The notes below the pieces were generated by a model that did not search any database, had not been told where the DNA came from, and saw only the letters and a list, made by a program, of their open reading frames with translations. A stretch of 33,490 nucleotides of DNA from Ginkgo biloba (lineage: Eukaryota > Plantae > Ginkgophyta), in the NCBI GenBank assembly GCA_024626585.2, contig JANKJI020000004.1:73862077-73895566 (forward strand), given 5' to 3'. This document shows positions 1 through 12,645 of the stretch, one piece after another (the stretch's first letter is position 1; every line of letters begins with the position of its first letter). The position numbers and the translations under genes are program-made.

Positions 1-1187
1 TACTAATGGCTACAAGCCTTTGAAGGCTCACCAACCAACTCTTCATCAATATCCTTTATCTCCTCCACCACTTGCAATGGAATCTATGCCAAAGGTACTT
101 GTCTTGATGATTTTGCATCTACATGGTATAACAAAAAATTTGGGATTACATGTGGATTAAAATAAGCTTGTCCCATTTAAACCTTCAACTTATAAACATC
201 GCAGACAAATAGAATTATACTGTCTTGGTTGTGACATGAATGGCAATGGCCTCTATGCATCATTATTGTCAGCTACTTAATGGACACTTAATATTTCAAG
301 TACCACAGTCCCTTTATTCGAAACTCTGGAACATTCAGCGCCTCTGAACAAAACTAGGAAACCTGAAAAGCTGTATCAAAGATTCATGATTTGAAGAAAT
401 GTCATCCATGGCAAGATCCATATGAAAAATAAGCCACTCACCAGCGTAGTATGTGCATCATAAACCTAATCTTGTTAAAAACATGTTATCACTCACATGA
501 TAACATGTTTTCTTTGGGGTTCTCAAATATATTACTACATTCCAATTGCATTATGCAACATATTCTGAGTTTTGTTTCAGAAATGGATTCAGCACTAAAT
601 CTAACCAATTTTAGAAATACAATGTTTATTAGAGCTTGCTAAACATGAAAAGGCTCTTCACCCATGTGTTTGAAGAAATACTGCTCTGCAATTTAAAGGA
701 GCAGAAAGATAGCAACAGCCATTATTTTCACAATGCGAGTTTGATCAAATGCATAAAATTTTAGGTTTGAAGTGCCTCCCGAATATTAAGAATAGTCTGT
801 ACTTTCTAGTGCAAACATTTTTATAACTCTATCTATAGAGATGAAAACCCTGATGCAGCATAAAAATACAAAATTGATAACAGCAGCCAGCTTTGGCATA
901 TGTTTTGTATACGTGCAAGAATCAACCCTACAAAGATGATATAGTGAGAATATCTCCACTACTTTACAGACTACTTGCTATGATAAACCGTATGTGAACT
1001 TGACCAACAGTTAAGAATAAAAGGAAACATAACTAGTTAAATTTAGCAGTCTCTCTCTACATTTCCTGCTGAAGAGCTTAATTTCCCATTCTACAATCGT
1101 GGACATTCCGAGCAACATCGCAGAGTTTTGGTCTTACATGTGTCAGCTCAAGAAACAGCACGATGATTTACAAGAGCAGTTCCTCAT

Positions 1188-1361
1188 TTACATTGCATCG
1201 GCGGGATAATGCTCAAGGTTCCGCAAGACAATCCTCGCAAAAACTTTGGCCTGAAGTGGTGCAGTTGCTGCAGCAGCTGCAGCTCGGAGGACTCGTCCAG
1301 CTACTGCCTTGTGCAAAAGACTTGCATGATGCATTGCATGCCTTCCACCAGGCATTGTAAA
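1188..1361 (-). CDS. ARABIDILLO: ARABIDILLO-like terminal coding exon (FTMPGGRHAMHHASLLHKAVAGRVLRAAAAAATAPLQAKVFARIVLRNLEHYPADAM*)
   Basis: Acceptor tttgcag| at 1363-1362; open frame to TAA at 1190-1188; matches the recalled ARABIDILLO end FTIPGGRHAMHH...AKIF..I.LRNLEH. Confidence 0.93.
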   Translation of the reverse strand, partial: FTMPGGRHAMHHASLLHKAVAGRVLRAAAAAATAPLQAKVFARIVLRNLEHYPADAM

Positions 1362-1519
1362 CTGCAAACTCATGTAGGCAAATAAGACAAAAGTTGAGCC
1401 CCACTATATACTGAATCCTTGGACCTTTAACATCCACAAAAGAAGCAACACAAGGGATAATATGAAATACTTCAATAAGGAACAACTTAATTCAACTTTG
1501 AAAATCCTAAGGTATGCAC

Positions 1520-1604
1520 CTGAAGAAGGGCAAAGGCAGCACAAGCTTTCAAAACTGTTGAACCATTCCGAAGCATGACTACAAACCTCCCAACTTCAGC
1601 CCCA
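1520..1604 (-). CDS. ARABIDILLO: ARABIDILLO-like penultimate exon ((S)GAEVGRFVVMLRNGSTVLKACAAFALLQ)
   Basis: ttgtag|T GGG GCT at 1604 and CAG|gtgcat at 1520; 85 nt; phase 2 in and phase 0 out fit both neighbouring exons. Confidence 0.93.
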
Positions 1605-1798
1605 CTACAAGCAGAAAGGAAAATTACATAAAAAGAGGATTGGAGTAGCAAGTCAAGAAATGTAATGAACAAAATATCAATTCACTAAAATGACTGACAA
1701 AGCAATGATTTAAATTTGGAAGAATGTTGGTTAGAGTGAATGTATATTTTCACTATTTTAGTTTCATTTCTACACTAACCAACATCAACATGATTTAC

Positions 1799-1987
1799 CT
1801 GCATCGCAGATGCCCAGCTTCATGTATTCTTGCTGCCTCTGCAACTTGTGCCAAAGCAGCAGGTGCCCATGATGCAGCAGCAATAGAGAGACTTTGCTGA
1901 TCTGAAAATGTCTGAACAAAAGTTTCTATATGACGCATTGCCATTCGCCTTGAAGCATCTAAGCTTCCACTTTTAGGAGCACTTTCA
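1799..1987 (-). CDS. ARABIDILLO: ARABIDILLO-like exon, 5' end lost in the N-gap (ESAPKSGSLDASRRMAMRHIETFVQTFSDQQSLSIAAASWAPAALAQVAEAARIHEAGHLRCS)
   Basis: Manual translation is open with no stops; donor TGC AG|gtaaat at 1799/1798; not in the ORF track; acceptor hidden by gap 1988-2087. Confidence 0.92.
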
Positions 1988-2087
1988 NNNNNNNNNNNNN
2001 NNNNNNNNNNNNNNNNNNNNNNNNNNNNNNNNNNNNNNNNNNNNNNNNNNNNNNNNNNNNNNNNNNNNNNNNNNNNNNNNNNNNNNN

Positions 2088-4420
2088 ATGTGAACTAACG
2101 AAATTATAGCTGACGAGACATTGGCAGTGTTAGTTGGAAATTGTTGGACCCTTTTTACGTTACGAAGTCAACCCATATGAAAGAATTGGATTTCTCCAAA
2201 TAATGAAGAAACCACTGCCTCCATCTCATTGATCCAAGATCTTCCTAGTAATATGTTATAATCCAATTCTTGATTAAGGACAACTACGTCAAATGTGACT
2301 ATCTTTCCATCAAGCATAATTGAAAAGGAAGCTTATCCCAAAGGGGTTTTTCGAGATTTATCATATCCTTGACAAACCCAAGTAGTTGGTTGAAGATCAT
2401 CGATCCCTGATTGTTTCTATATTGATATTGACATGACATTGATTAAAGACCCTAGATCAACAATCAACCTTTGTACAATAAACTCACTAATTCCAACTTG
2501 AATGTGGAAAGGGCTAACGAGATTGACTTTTTGTTGTTCTTGGCTAGGAAGATCAAATGGATCAAATGTAAAGGCATCACGATGACAGTCAAGCAGAATC
2601 ACTAACAATGTAGTTAAAAAAGTTTCTCTTTGTTTCAGACAACTCTTGAGAATGTCCATTAGCGACATACCAGAGGAGATAGAATATAACTCGTTGATAA
2701 TGGAGGACTTCCTTTTAATTCGATGGAGAAGAGGTCTTCTAAAATCTACCCTCATAGATCGTGTAGGTAACGGCGTTTCTATCAATGGTTTTGAAGTTGA
2801 GGGTGATGTTTTAGTTGTAGCATGAAGAGGAGGGATTTTTAACGCTGGGATAACTTCCTTACGAACCTGAGCTTGAGTTGTACTAATAACCTCTTCAGGC
2901 ATTTTGGATATGGTTTAAATGATGCTAATAACCTTGGCACCCTTCTTCTTAGTGCCAATTTCGACAATTTTAGAAGTTTATGGTTGACAATCAGGATCAA
3001 GTGGAACTTTAGACCCATTTGTGGTTTGCTTATAGTGAGACAATTTTCTTGACTGATTTTTGAGGTAATTTCTCTTCCTCATCTTCTAAAAGGTGGAACA
3101 CTCCTCGGATTCCCTAACTTTGTTTACCTTTTTCTTTGGGTTAGAGTTCTTTCCTTTCTTAGCAAAATTATGATTCGAGAAAAGATCTTAATAGATTTTG
3201 TGTTCTTGATTCAACTTTGAACTAGGAGAGTTAGACTCAAAGAAACATTTACGGATGCGTTGTAATGTGAAACAAGAATCCCTATCATGACCTAGGCACC
3301 TATGGTAGTCACACCGTTTGGTAGGGTCAAATCATGGCCTCTTGAAAGTGGTNNNNNNNNNNAGACTTTGGATTTTGTTTTGCTTAGTGTATCATTTTAG
3401 TTTTCTTTTTAGGGGCATTTATGTTTTTGTTCTGTGATTTGTCTAAGGGTGCATTGGTCTTTATAGCCCCTATGATAGTTCTCTCCAACCACTTAATAGT
3501 TGCTGTGATAGGATCTAGGAGTTGATCTTGGGTCTCAGGAGGCTTCAAATCAAAAACCCCATCACTAGTAGCATGTTTGTTAATAGTGGAGGAAGAAGAA
3601 ATATTAAGTTTTGAGGGTCTTCACCCCTGCTTGAACTTCATAGGCATCAAGAGTTGAGCATTTATCGACTGCACCTTCAAACGATGTAGGGTCGTTTTTA
3701 AGAGGAAGTTTGAGGGTCTTCACCCCGACTTGAACTTCATAGGCTTCAAGAGTCGAGCATTTATCTACTACACCTTTGAACGATGTAGGGCCGATTTTAA
3801 GAATCTCTAAATGAACTTGAAGTTTGAAGGTGTTCATAACAAGGTCGAATAATCGTCGACCATAGAATGGGGTTTTGTACGAATGAACTAATGATCGAAA
3901 TCTTTGAACAAAATTGAAAGTGGTCTCATCATTGGTTTGCTTGATTGTAAGCAAGGCTTTAAGACCCATGTCATAGGGTTTAACTTCATTAAATTATTGG
4001 ATAAATAGGTCAATCAATTGATGGAAGGTCATAATTAGTTTTTTTGGTAGCAGGTAGAACCATTTGAGGGATTTTCCAGTCAATGTTCATGGGAAAAGTT
4101 TTAGGATAATATCATTATAAGGCATAAATTTAGCATAGGAAAGTACAAAATGCATTTACATAGGCTATAGGATCCACTCTAAGATAGCCATAAAACTTTG
4201 GAAACTCAAGGAGAGGATTAGGGAGAAAGGCAAAATTGAACGATTTAACTAGCGGGGTTTTCATATAATTAGTATAAGATCAACAAAAAGTAACCATCAA
4301 CTGAATAAATGCCCCTTCTCTAAGGAGCTAGTGGCACATGATGATGGGCGTTGATTATTTTTTCGGGTAATAGTAGGTCTAGGATCAACTTGACTCTAAG
4401 TGTAGATGACCTAATTAGCA
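2088..4420 (-). mobile_element. Ty3/gypsy (Tat/Ogre/Athila-like) retrotransposon remnant: gag, zinc knuckle and aspartic protease
   Basis: gag motifs KLFP*TLTGKSLKWFYLLP and LLTIKQTNDETTFNFVQRF; Cys/His knuckle RCDYHRCLGHDRDSC (~3275-3320); protease PFHIQV...LIVDLGSLINVM and YNILLGRSWI; several stops and frameshifts. Confidence 0.85.
3610..3803. repeat. 99-nt in-frame tandem duplication inside gag
   Basis: gagggtcttcacccc starts at 3613 and 3712; peptide PTSFKGVVDKCSTLEAYEVQVGVKTLK / PTSFEGAVDKCSTLDAYEVQAGVKTLK. Confidence 0.9.
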
Positions 4421-4559
4421 AGGGCAGCAAAGCCATTAGTGCAACCTACTCAGACCTAAATTCAAAAAGAATGCAAATGGCAATTAGAGAGAATATCAGA
4501 AAAAATTGAGTTTGAGATACCTTCACAAGATTGCAAAGGATATTAGGGATGGCTCTCAG

Positions 4560-4782
4560 AAGAAAGAAAACTCCGTAGGATAGCAATCACATAAAATAAA
4601 CAGCATGCAGTCCCTGCCCACATGAAGTTAAATATTTAAAGGATGAAGAGAGTAATTTCAAAGTGGGTGATGAAGGGGCGTTGACGAGAAAGGAAAGAAG
4701 GAACCAATGCAACAAAACCTCCACACCTTTTTCTTTTGGGAAAAGAATGGTCCCAGCATGCGAAAAATGATTCTATAGATAC
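4560..4782 (-). promoter_or_regulatory. Sequence resembling the conserved alternative (PTC-containing) exon in the long intron of RS-subfamily SR splicing-factor genes (RS31/RS40/RS41-type)
   Basis: Strong acceptor ttctttcttggtttgcag| at 4783, followed by ttcatcacccac...ctctcttcatcc...gcagggactgca...tgtgattgctatcctacg. This resembles the GCAGGACTGCA...TGTGATT.C..CTACG motif order I recall from RS genes (memory-based). Confidence 0.6.
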
Positions 4783-6789
4783 CTGCAAACCAAGAAAGAA
4801 GATGAATGACCCAATCATAGCATGTGTCGATCTAAGTTTGCCTAAAACTCAAAACAGAATGGGTTATTGCATGGAGTAAATAACCACAGTTCACTGGAAG
4901 TAGGCAGTTTGAAGAGCACCAGCAATAAGAGGGGTCTCCGCATACATTGGTTCCATCATTCTCAATGAACCACGGTATGCAGGAATCCCAATGTGAAAGA
5001 AGATGCAGTACCCAAACTACATACAACTGCCTATGTTTAACAGCACTTCTTAATCTCCATCAGGAATCACCCAGTATCTGAGAACTCGGTAAGAAAAATG
5101 TAATTCAATGCCAGTTTCTAAAGACTGACTCGCTTAATGCATTTGAAAGTGTCCTAAGAAAGAGCAGAGTCAATGACAGAGAAGATGTCAAGGCATTTTC
5201 ACACACCCTTGGCATGCATCCTCTTCAGTGATAATTCAACCAAACCAACGAAGGTATGCGTGTAATATTATAATGGTATAGAAGATCAATAATCTCCTTA
5301 GAGGAATTCACATAACTCATAAGCAGACTCTGCTATCAGAATTCCTGATGTATATAACCAGTGTGGGTAATCTCTACTTCACAGCAATTTTGCAGTAGAT
5401 TTACGACATAACGTAGCAAGGAAACTTATAATCAAAGGATCATATGACTTGTACACTCCTCCCTGCCATAAGCAATCTTCTTTATCACAAAAGCCACACC
5501 CGAGCTGAGACTGAAAGTAGTACTTAGGAAGGAATGGCTTCACAGTAATTCAGCTGAGATTCACAGGGGACCATATACTTCTACTGGAAAACTCGTGAAA
5601 AAATTCAAGATACACTCCCAAACTTTTTGGTACTGCAACAGCAAATCGGCATTTCACATTCACCTCACAGCGGCCACCATATGTTTTCAGCGCAAAACAA
5701 CCATTTTCAACAGAAATCAAGAAACAATAACTGATGAAGCAGTGAAAGGAAAGAGAGCCAACACCCAACACACACTCCCACCCAAAATTACGCTATCTGT
5801 GTGTGTTCCTTCTCAATTTCTCAACCAGCAATTCAAACTACACCAGAGCTACAAGCCAAAAAGCTAATTACAACAAAGAAAGAAAAACTGAACAACTATA
5901 GAACCTTGCCAATCTGCAACTCTCAAATGGTTATACTCATTCTACGAACCAATCTCATGAGCTCACAACACAAATCATACCACTAGCCCATACCTGACAA
6001 CTTCACAATATCTACCCCACAACACCATTCCATGCTTTAGAAGCATTAACCCAAACTAGCAACAATGAAGCCTCCTGGCAAAAAAAAATGAGCATCAACA
6101 ACCATTGCACCAACTAATGGAGTAGAGCTTGCACCAGAAATCACAATGGCAAACCCTTGTCAAACCATGCCCATTAACTCTTCATAGCAGCAAGAACAAC
6201 AATCTACGAAAGGAACAACAACAAACAACAAATAAAATATAGAGAACAAAAAAGCATAGTCACAAAGTATGTATAGNNNNNNNNNNNNNNNNNNNNNNNN
6301 NNNNNNNNNNNNNNNNNNNNNNNNNNNNNNNNNNNNNNNNNNNNNNNNNNNNNNNNNNNNNNNNNNNNNNNNNNNNCTTCAACGTGGAAAGTTCAAATCC
6401 ATTGGAAGAAAGCACCCATTTGATGCAACCACAAAGGTTTGATTATACTCCAATAGCTCCAATAAGACTTGTCTTCATTTCATTTTTCATATGCAAGCTT
6501 AAAAGCACCTAAGTTTCAAGTTTCTATGATTTAATTGATTTGAGACAATTTCGTACGATTGGGGTTGCAATAGCTAACAAGAAAAATGCCCATTGAAGCT
6601 CCAACTTGTCCCAAAATATTCGTTTTTCTNNNNNNNNNNNNNNNNNNNNNNNNNNNNNNNNNNNNNNNNNNNNNNNNNNNNNNNNNAACAGAATGTCAAA
6701 AATTTCTACATGTTTGGTAATTAAACTTGCATTATTTTAGTGTTTTCTTCATTTCAACTTAATTGAAATCTATTACAAGCAATATATAA

Positions 6790-9011
6790 AGTTAGATGCT
6801 ACAAAGCTAAGGATTTCACATCAATATCATATGAACCCCAAGCATGCAACGCAAGCGAAACAAGAAATTATGAAGATGTTGGATGTTGGAATCTTTTTCA
6901 AGATGAGCACCAAATGACTAGGTCTCTCCCATTGTTAGCTCTTCCAAAAGGAACGATAAGCTATGTATTTGTGAAAATTTATGCGAGCTATGCAATGACT
7001 AAGAAGGGTCCATTTCCAATTCCATTCGCAAATAATATTCCAAAGAAAGTGGTTAGGGACAAAATCTATTCACTCTTGGATGGATTTTTTAGCATTGTTG
7101 AAGAAAGGATGAAGACCACATTTTTATCAAAGGACAAGATTTATACTTATAATGAGATGCCCTTTAAATTATGTAATGCACCAACTGAATTTCAGCAAAC
7201 AAATATGCAACTATTTAACAAGTTATCAACAAACAACGTGAAAGTTTCTTCGATGACTAGTCAGTGCATGGTCTAATTCCCACACATCTAAGAGTAGTCA
7301 AAGAATGCATGGAAATCTATTGACAAGCCCAACTAGCACTAAACCCGAGTAAATGATGGTTGTTGGCATCAAGAGGCAAGTTGGTTGAACATATTGTTTG
7401 TTCCCAAGGATTGAAGACAAATCATAACAAGATTTCAATGCTCATAAGCATGGAACATCCACAAAAACAAAAATCTAAGATAATATTGGCAATTTATCAA
7501 AATTTAGTAAGGTGGCCCACACTCTAGATGAATTGTTGTGCAAGGGTGTTACTTTCATCTTGCAAGCAGTCCAACAACAAGCTTTTGAAGATTTAATGAT
7601 CAAATTGGTTGGTCTATCCATTCCAATTTTCCTACACTTGGATGAGGACTTTCACATTCATGCCAATGCACCTCAGTTTGCCATTGGGTGCACACTCATA
7701 CAAGGAGCAAATAATGGATCATTCAAGGTATTTTCCTTATCAATTATTGAAAAGTGCTAAGAGGAAGTATAGAACTACAAGGCGAAAGTGCCTCAACATG
7801 ATTTATGTCATCTTGAAATTTCACCATTATTTGGGGCCGACATGTTTATATATTTTATGGATCGTTTGGCTTATTTGGTCAACAAGTTAATTATTAATGG
7901 GTGGAACCAATTGGTGGCTAATATTGTTGCAAGAGTTCAATTTTCAAGTTGTGGTGAGACTAGGGAAGTCTCATGTAGCAATCAGCCATCTATTCCAAAT
8001 TGAGTTCAAAGGAATTTCCAATAGGTGCTCATGATAACTTTTTGGATGTGCAATTCTTTACTGTAACAATTGTCCCAAATTGGTATGATGGTAGTAGTGA
8101 CAACTTGTTGATGAAAACATTCTTGGACAACACATCAATTAGTGAGCAACAAAAAGTGACCAAGAAGGAAGAGCCACACTAATTTATCAGCGTCTTACAC
8201 AAGATGGGTTGCACCAAGTTTTTGGTCGATGCACAATGCCACTACATCTAACTTTGTTGTAGGAGGTGTTTGAGCAGTAGGGGCTAGATTTTGTCGGACC
8301 CTTTAAGCATCCTCCCTAGAAAGGGAGATGTTAATGTATTGTGGTCGCCAATGAACATCTAACAAGATAGGTTGAAGCCCGTGCACTGTTGGATAACCTT
8401 GCACAAAGCACTACAAAGAACTTACATGGAGGTGTGATTACCCAATTCAACTACTTCTTAAGGCTCACAAGTGACTGGGGATAACATTTTATTAATCATA
8501 TCATTCAACAACTAAAAATAGAGCTCAAGTCTATATTATTCTAGGGCTAAAAGATAAGCTAACGTCACTAGAAAAAAATGATTACAACCATGTACAAAAC
8601 TTCTTGTGTTGATCAAAAGGACTGCTCAAAAAAAGTTCTGGCAACATTGTGGGCATTTTAAACAACGTAGAAAGTGACTAGGTGACAAAGTTCTTTCCAA
8701 CTAATGTATGGGCAAGAAGTCATAATGCCACTCACATTTGTATTTCCCAACCTGTGCATTGCACTAGATAATAGGTTAGTGGACAATGCTTCAAGTATGC
8801 AACACAATTGGATAGAATCTTGATACTTGATGAGTGACGATTAGCAACTCAATGGGCAATGTCCATCACCTAAAAATGACACAAGCATTCTCATGACCAA
8901 CATCTCCACAAACATAGTATTCAAGTTGGGATGCAAGTGTTACAGGACAATAGCAAATCAATGTTTAAGCAAGGCACGTTGAAGATTAGATGGCTTGGAC
9001 CATTTATGATC
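6790..9011 (+). mobile_element. Decayed Ty3/gypsy pol (RT-RNaseH-integrase), non-chromoviral type
   Basis: RT TKKGPFPIPF, YSLLDGF, MPFKLCNAPTEFQ, KVFFDD; RNaseH FHIHANAPQFAIGCTL; integrase GLDFVGPF (~8281), FQLMYGQE, and GPF motif LKIRWLGPFMI; many stops and frameshifts. Confidence 0.88.
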
Positions 9012-9629
9012 NNNNNNNNNNNNNNNNNNNNNNNNNNNNNNNNNNNNNNNNNNNNNNNNNNNNNNNNNNNNNNNNNNNNNNNNNNNNNNNNNNNNNNNNN
9101 NNNNNNNNNNNGCTCTGCTCTTGTCAGAAGTCTCATGTAACTCCTTCAAGAGCTTCCAAATTGTTGCCGAGGTCTTCCCTATCTGAACCTCTGATAGCAT
9201 CTCATCTATCGCAAACAGTTTGATAAATCGATCAAAGCTCAAGTTGTACCATTTGTCTATATAACCAATTCTAGCTCAACATGCAATTGATGATGTCTCT
9301 AATCAATTTGCTAGAATTGAGTCTAATTCTATAGTAACACAAATGTCGTAACAATAATAAAAGTTGATATGCCCTTGTTAGGCACACCAATGACTAATGG
9401 GGAAGAACAAAAAGGCTATACGCATGTATTGAGAAGATCATGCTAACGTTGTTGGATTTGATTTCACATATCAACAATTGTTTGAATGTCACACCATGCA
9501 AGGAATTCCTACACTATCTAGAAATGGGTATGTCCATGTTTGAATGCAAACAATGCTCACTTTTAAAATCTTTTTGCAAAACAAAGAGGCTCCCCAAGTG
9601 GGAACCCCATTCTTTATTCCTGACACCCA

Positions 9630-12600
9630 CTAAAATGTAACCCCAAGCAGAGAGCCCAATAGTCGGGTGCCATAGATTGACACACATCTTGGCAATCAAA
9701 GGCCATTAGAGGATGCCCAACCAACACCTACCCTTGAGGGTCCAGACGAAACCCTAGACGGGGCCAAAGGAGGATGGTGTGTGGCAAGGATAGTCCCACC
9801 CATTAAACTCTTTTGATCTATACTCTCCACCANNNNNNNNNNTTTTTTTTTTTTTTTTCAAATGACTATTTTGGACATGAGTGACATTTGGCAAAGGAAG
9901 TTATTTTGCATGGAAATGAGACAGCTAATGAGGATGAAGAGTAGAAGTTGTAAAGGAACCACTTTAGGTCTTATTTTACTTCAAAAATGAAGAGAAGAAA
10001 TTCATTTTACACATCAAAATGAACTAGCAATGAGTGATTGGATGCAAATTTCAAGAAGTGTATTAGAAGATCCAAAACACTCAAAGTTTTTGCAAGTTAT
10101 TTAGTCAAGTGGCATAGCAATCATTGACAAGGAAAGCGTTGACAGATGACAAGAGCAAGAGTTAACAATAGCAAATACCTCTAGAGATTTGCTTCACCTA
10201 GTTTTTGTTTCCCATTTTTGTTGATATGGCTAGTGTAGGAAAATAGAAACGTAAGGTAACCAACTCAACAAGGTGTGCCACATACATTGACTTCTTCACC
10301 AAGGGAGTTGAACCCTAGAAATGCCCCAAGGCCAATGTGAAGATAGGGGTAGGTCGTCCTACAAGCAACACTCCCACTAGGAATGATGGGAAAAGGATTT
10401 TTTGGTGACTAGTGGATTTATAAAAATTGTAGACATGGTGGGTTGCTACTCCATCTAACGCCTCCATTAGGTGTATGATGGAATAGGGAGATGGCTCAAT
10501 GCATAAATGTTCAAGTCATGAACAAAATACCTAACATTTTAGAGCATATGGTGAAGGGGTATGGCCCCTGAACACAAGTTTCCTAGATCAAAGAGGTGAA
10601 ATCTCTTATGAACCCCAAAAGTTCTAGAAGTTATTGACATTATGAAGTCTTGGGGAGGAAATGGTGAGATCATTGATTAATGCAACCAAAGCATAGAAGA
10701 AGGCATGGATACAAAGTTTACATGCTATCAACAACCGAGAAGATAGATGACACAAGGATAGATGCATCAAGGTGTTGAACATAAAGATGGAGGAATTGTG
10801 CATAGTGGTTGATCCACTATGCTATCAACTAGTAACGATAGTAATTGCCAGCATAGGAATTGTGCATAGTGGTTGCTTCGCTATGCAATAAAGTAAGAAA
10901 TTGCCTATATGTTGGTCTCATGCCTACGAGGGTTGATGGATGGGAAACAATTTAACTAGTGTATTTTTTTATTGGCAAAGTTACCCAATATTTGACACCC
11001 TGTTGGTGAAACATTCTTCTAGGTTTACTTTTATTTTTGTACCTAATGGAGTTTTATTCCGATGAGATCAATGCTTCTTCAAAATTAATCTAGAGAGAGG
11101 TTCCATCTATCTTGCGACAGAAACACCTTGTGCCAGATGAAAACAATGGTTGAAAAGGGAAGCAACATGTCATACAGGACTTAGAAGACAATAAGAGACA
11201 CAAAACCCATAGATGAGGAATAAAGAGTTATCATCATATTTCAAGGATTCTAATTTAGACGATNNNNNNNNNNNNNNNNNNNNNNNNNNNNNNNNNNNNN
11301 NNNNNNNNNNNNNNNNNNNNNNNNNNNNNNNNNNNNNNNNNNNNNNNNNNNNNNNNNNNNNNNNNNNNNNNNNNNNNNNNNNNNNNNNNNNNNNNNNNNN
11401 NNNNNNNNNNNNNNNNNNNNNNNNNNNNNNNNNNNNNNNNNNNNNNNNNNNNNNNNNNNNNNNNNNNNNNNNNNNNNNNNNNNNNNNNNNNNNNNNNNNN
11501 NNNNNNNNNNNNNNNNNNNNNNNNNNNNNNNNNNNNNNNNNNNNNNNNNNNNNNNNNNNNNNNNNNNNNNNNNNNNNNNNNNNNNNNNNNNCGAAACAAG
11601 CAATTTCTTCAACACCCACTCCACCAATAGTCGTTTCAACCGCACCAACTGCTATAGCCCAAATTCCTCTTGTACTTGCATCTTCAAAGTATTTGAAGGA
11701 AGATATGTTTAAATAGGGTGCCCAAAAGCAAAGATAAAGGCCTTTTTGACAAACAAAGGTGATGAATATACTCCTTAGGAGGAGGCATTTATCAATACAA
11801 TGTTGAGTAACATGGAGGCAAAAAATGCAAGAGATTAACTAGTCAAATGAGGAGACGTGGCCAAGTTCTGAGGATGTGGCAGAATTAGGAAAACATGGAA
11901 CGAATACCAATTTCATTCAATGGAGATGAGGTAGACACAGATTTTTATGAGGGAGGTTTAGTCAAGAAGGATTTGGATAGGGAACATTATATATTTATGG
12001 CACTACTGATAGTGTTGGACTCTTTAGGCCATGACAAATCCATGATTAGGTATTGGACAAATTGGGGGGAGAATTGCAACAATACATTCAAGTAACTAAT
12101 AGGTTTAAGGTGGGCACCTACTTAGGGAGGAGTATAAAAGGATATTGGCATAAGAGATATGAGTTGCCTTTCACAAATGCCAAGAGGAGCAACAAGATCA
12201 TATGGTGTCAACTATTACAAAAAATCTTGATAATTGGACTTCATGTGTCGATAAGTTAACACGAGAGGAATCGAGGGATTGGAGGTACTTGACGAGGTGG
12301 ATTTGTTCACACAACCACTTTTTTGCAAATTGTGATGGGCGTGGCAAAATTGTAACATCCACTATGTTGAGCATCTCATTGATACACAACACCTATAAGA
12401 GACAAAGAAAAAATTAGAGAATGCGAGGTTGGAGATTGCTTGGGTTATAGACTCTGATCAATAACGAGTGACTATGATTCTGTATTTACAATCAAAATTA
12501 GCCACTCTTCAAGTAGAGAAAAAGGCTAACTTTAAGGCAAAGTAACAATAGTGGTAGGTAGAACACTAGAAGATTTTAGAGGAAGCCAAATAGAAATCGC

Positions 12601-12645
12601 AAGCAAAACATCAAAGGGTTTGGGCACAACAATTGGCTAGTATGT
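9630..12645 (+). mobile_element. Probable LTR-like and gag-like retroelement remnant (highly degenerate)
   Basis: LTR-like end ttgacaccctgttggtgaaaca (~11012), purine-rich broken frames with a gag-like PISFNGD segment (~11905); no clean domain. Confidence 0.35.
10792..10905. repeat. Imperfect direct repeat, ~64-nt period
   Basis: ggaattgtgcatagtggttg...ctatgc...aattgcc starts at 10792 and 10856. Confidence 0.8.

Noticed and set aside
1213-1485. Cys-rich 90-aa ORF and the antisense 1163-1360 ORF
   Set aside because: Alternative-frame and antisense shadows of the Ala-rich terminal exon.
4680-5200. miR156/529/535-like starts (ttgacgagaa, tgacagagaag)
   Set aside because: Only the first few bases match; no full mature sequence or miRNA-like foldback.
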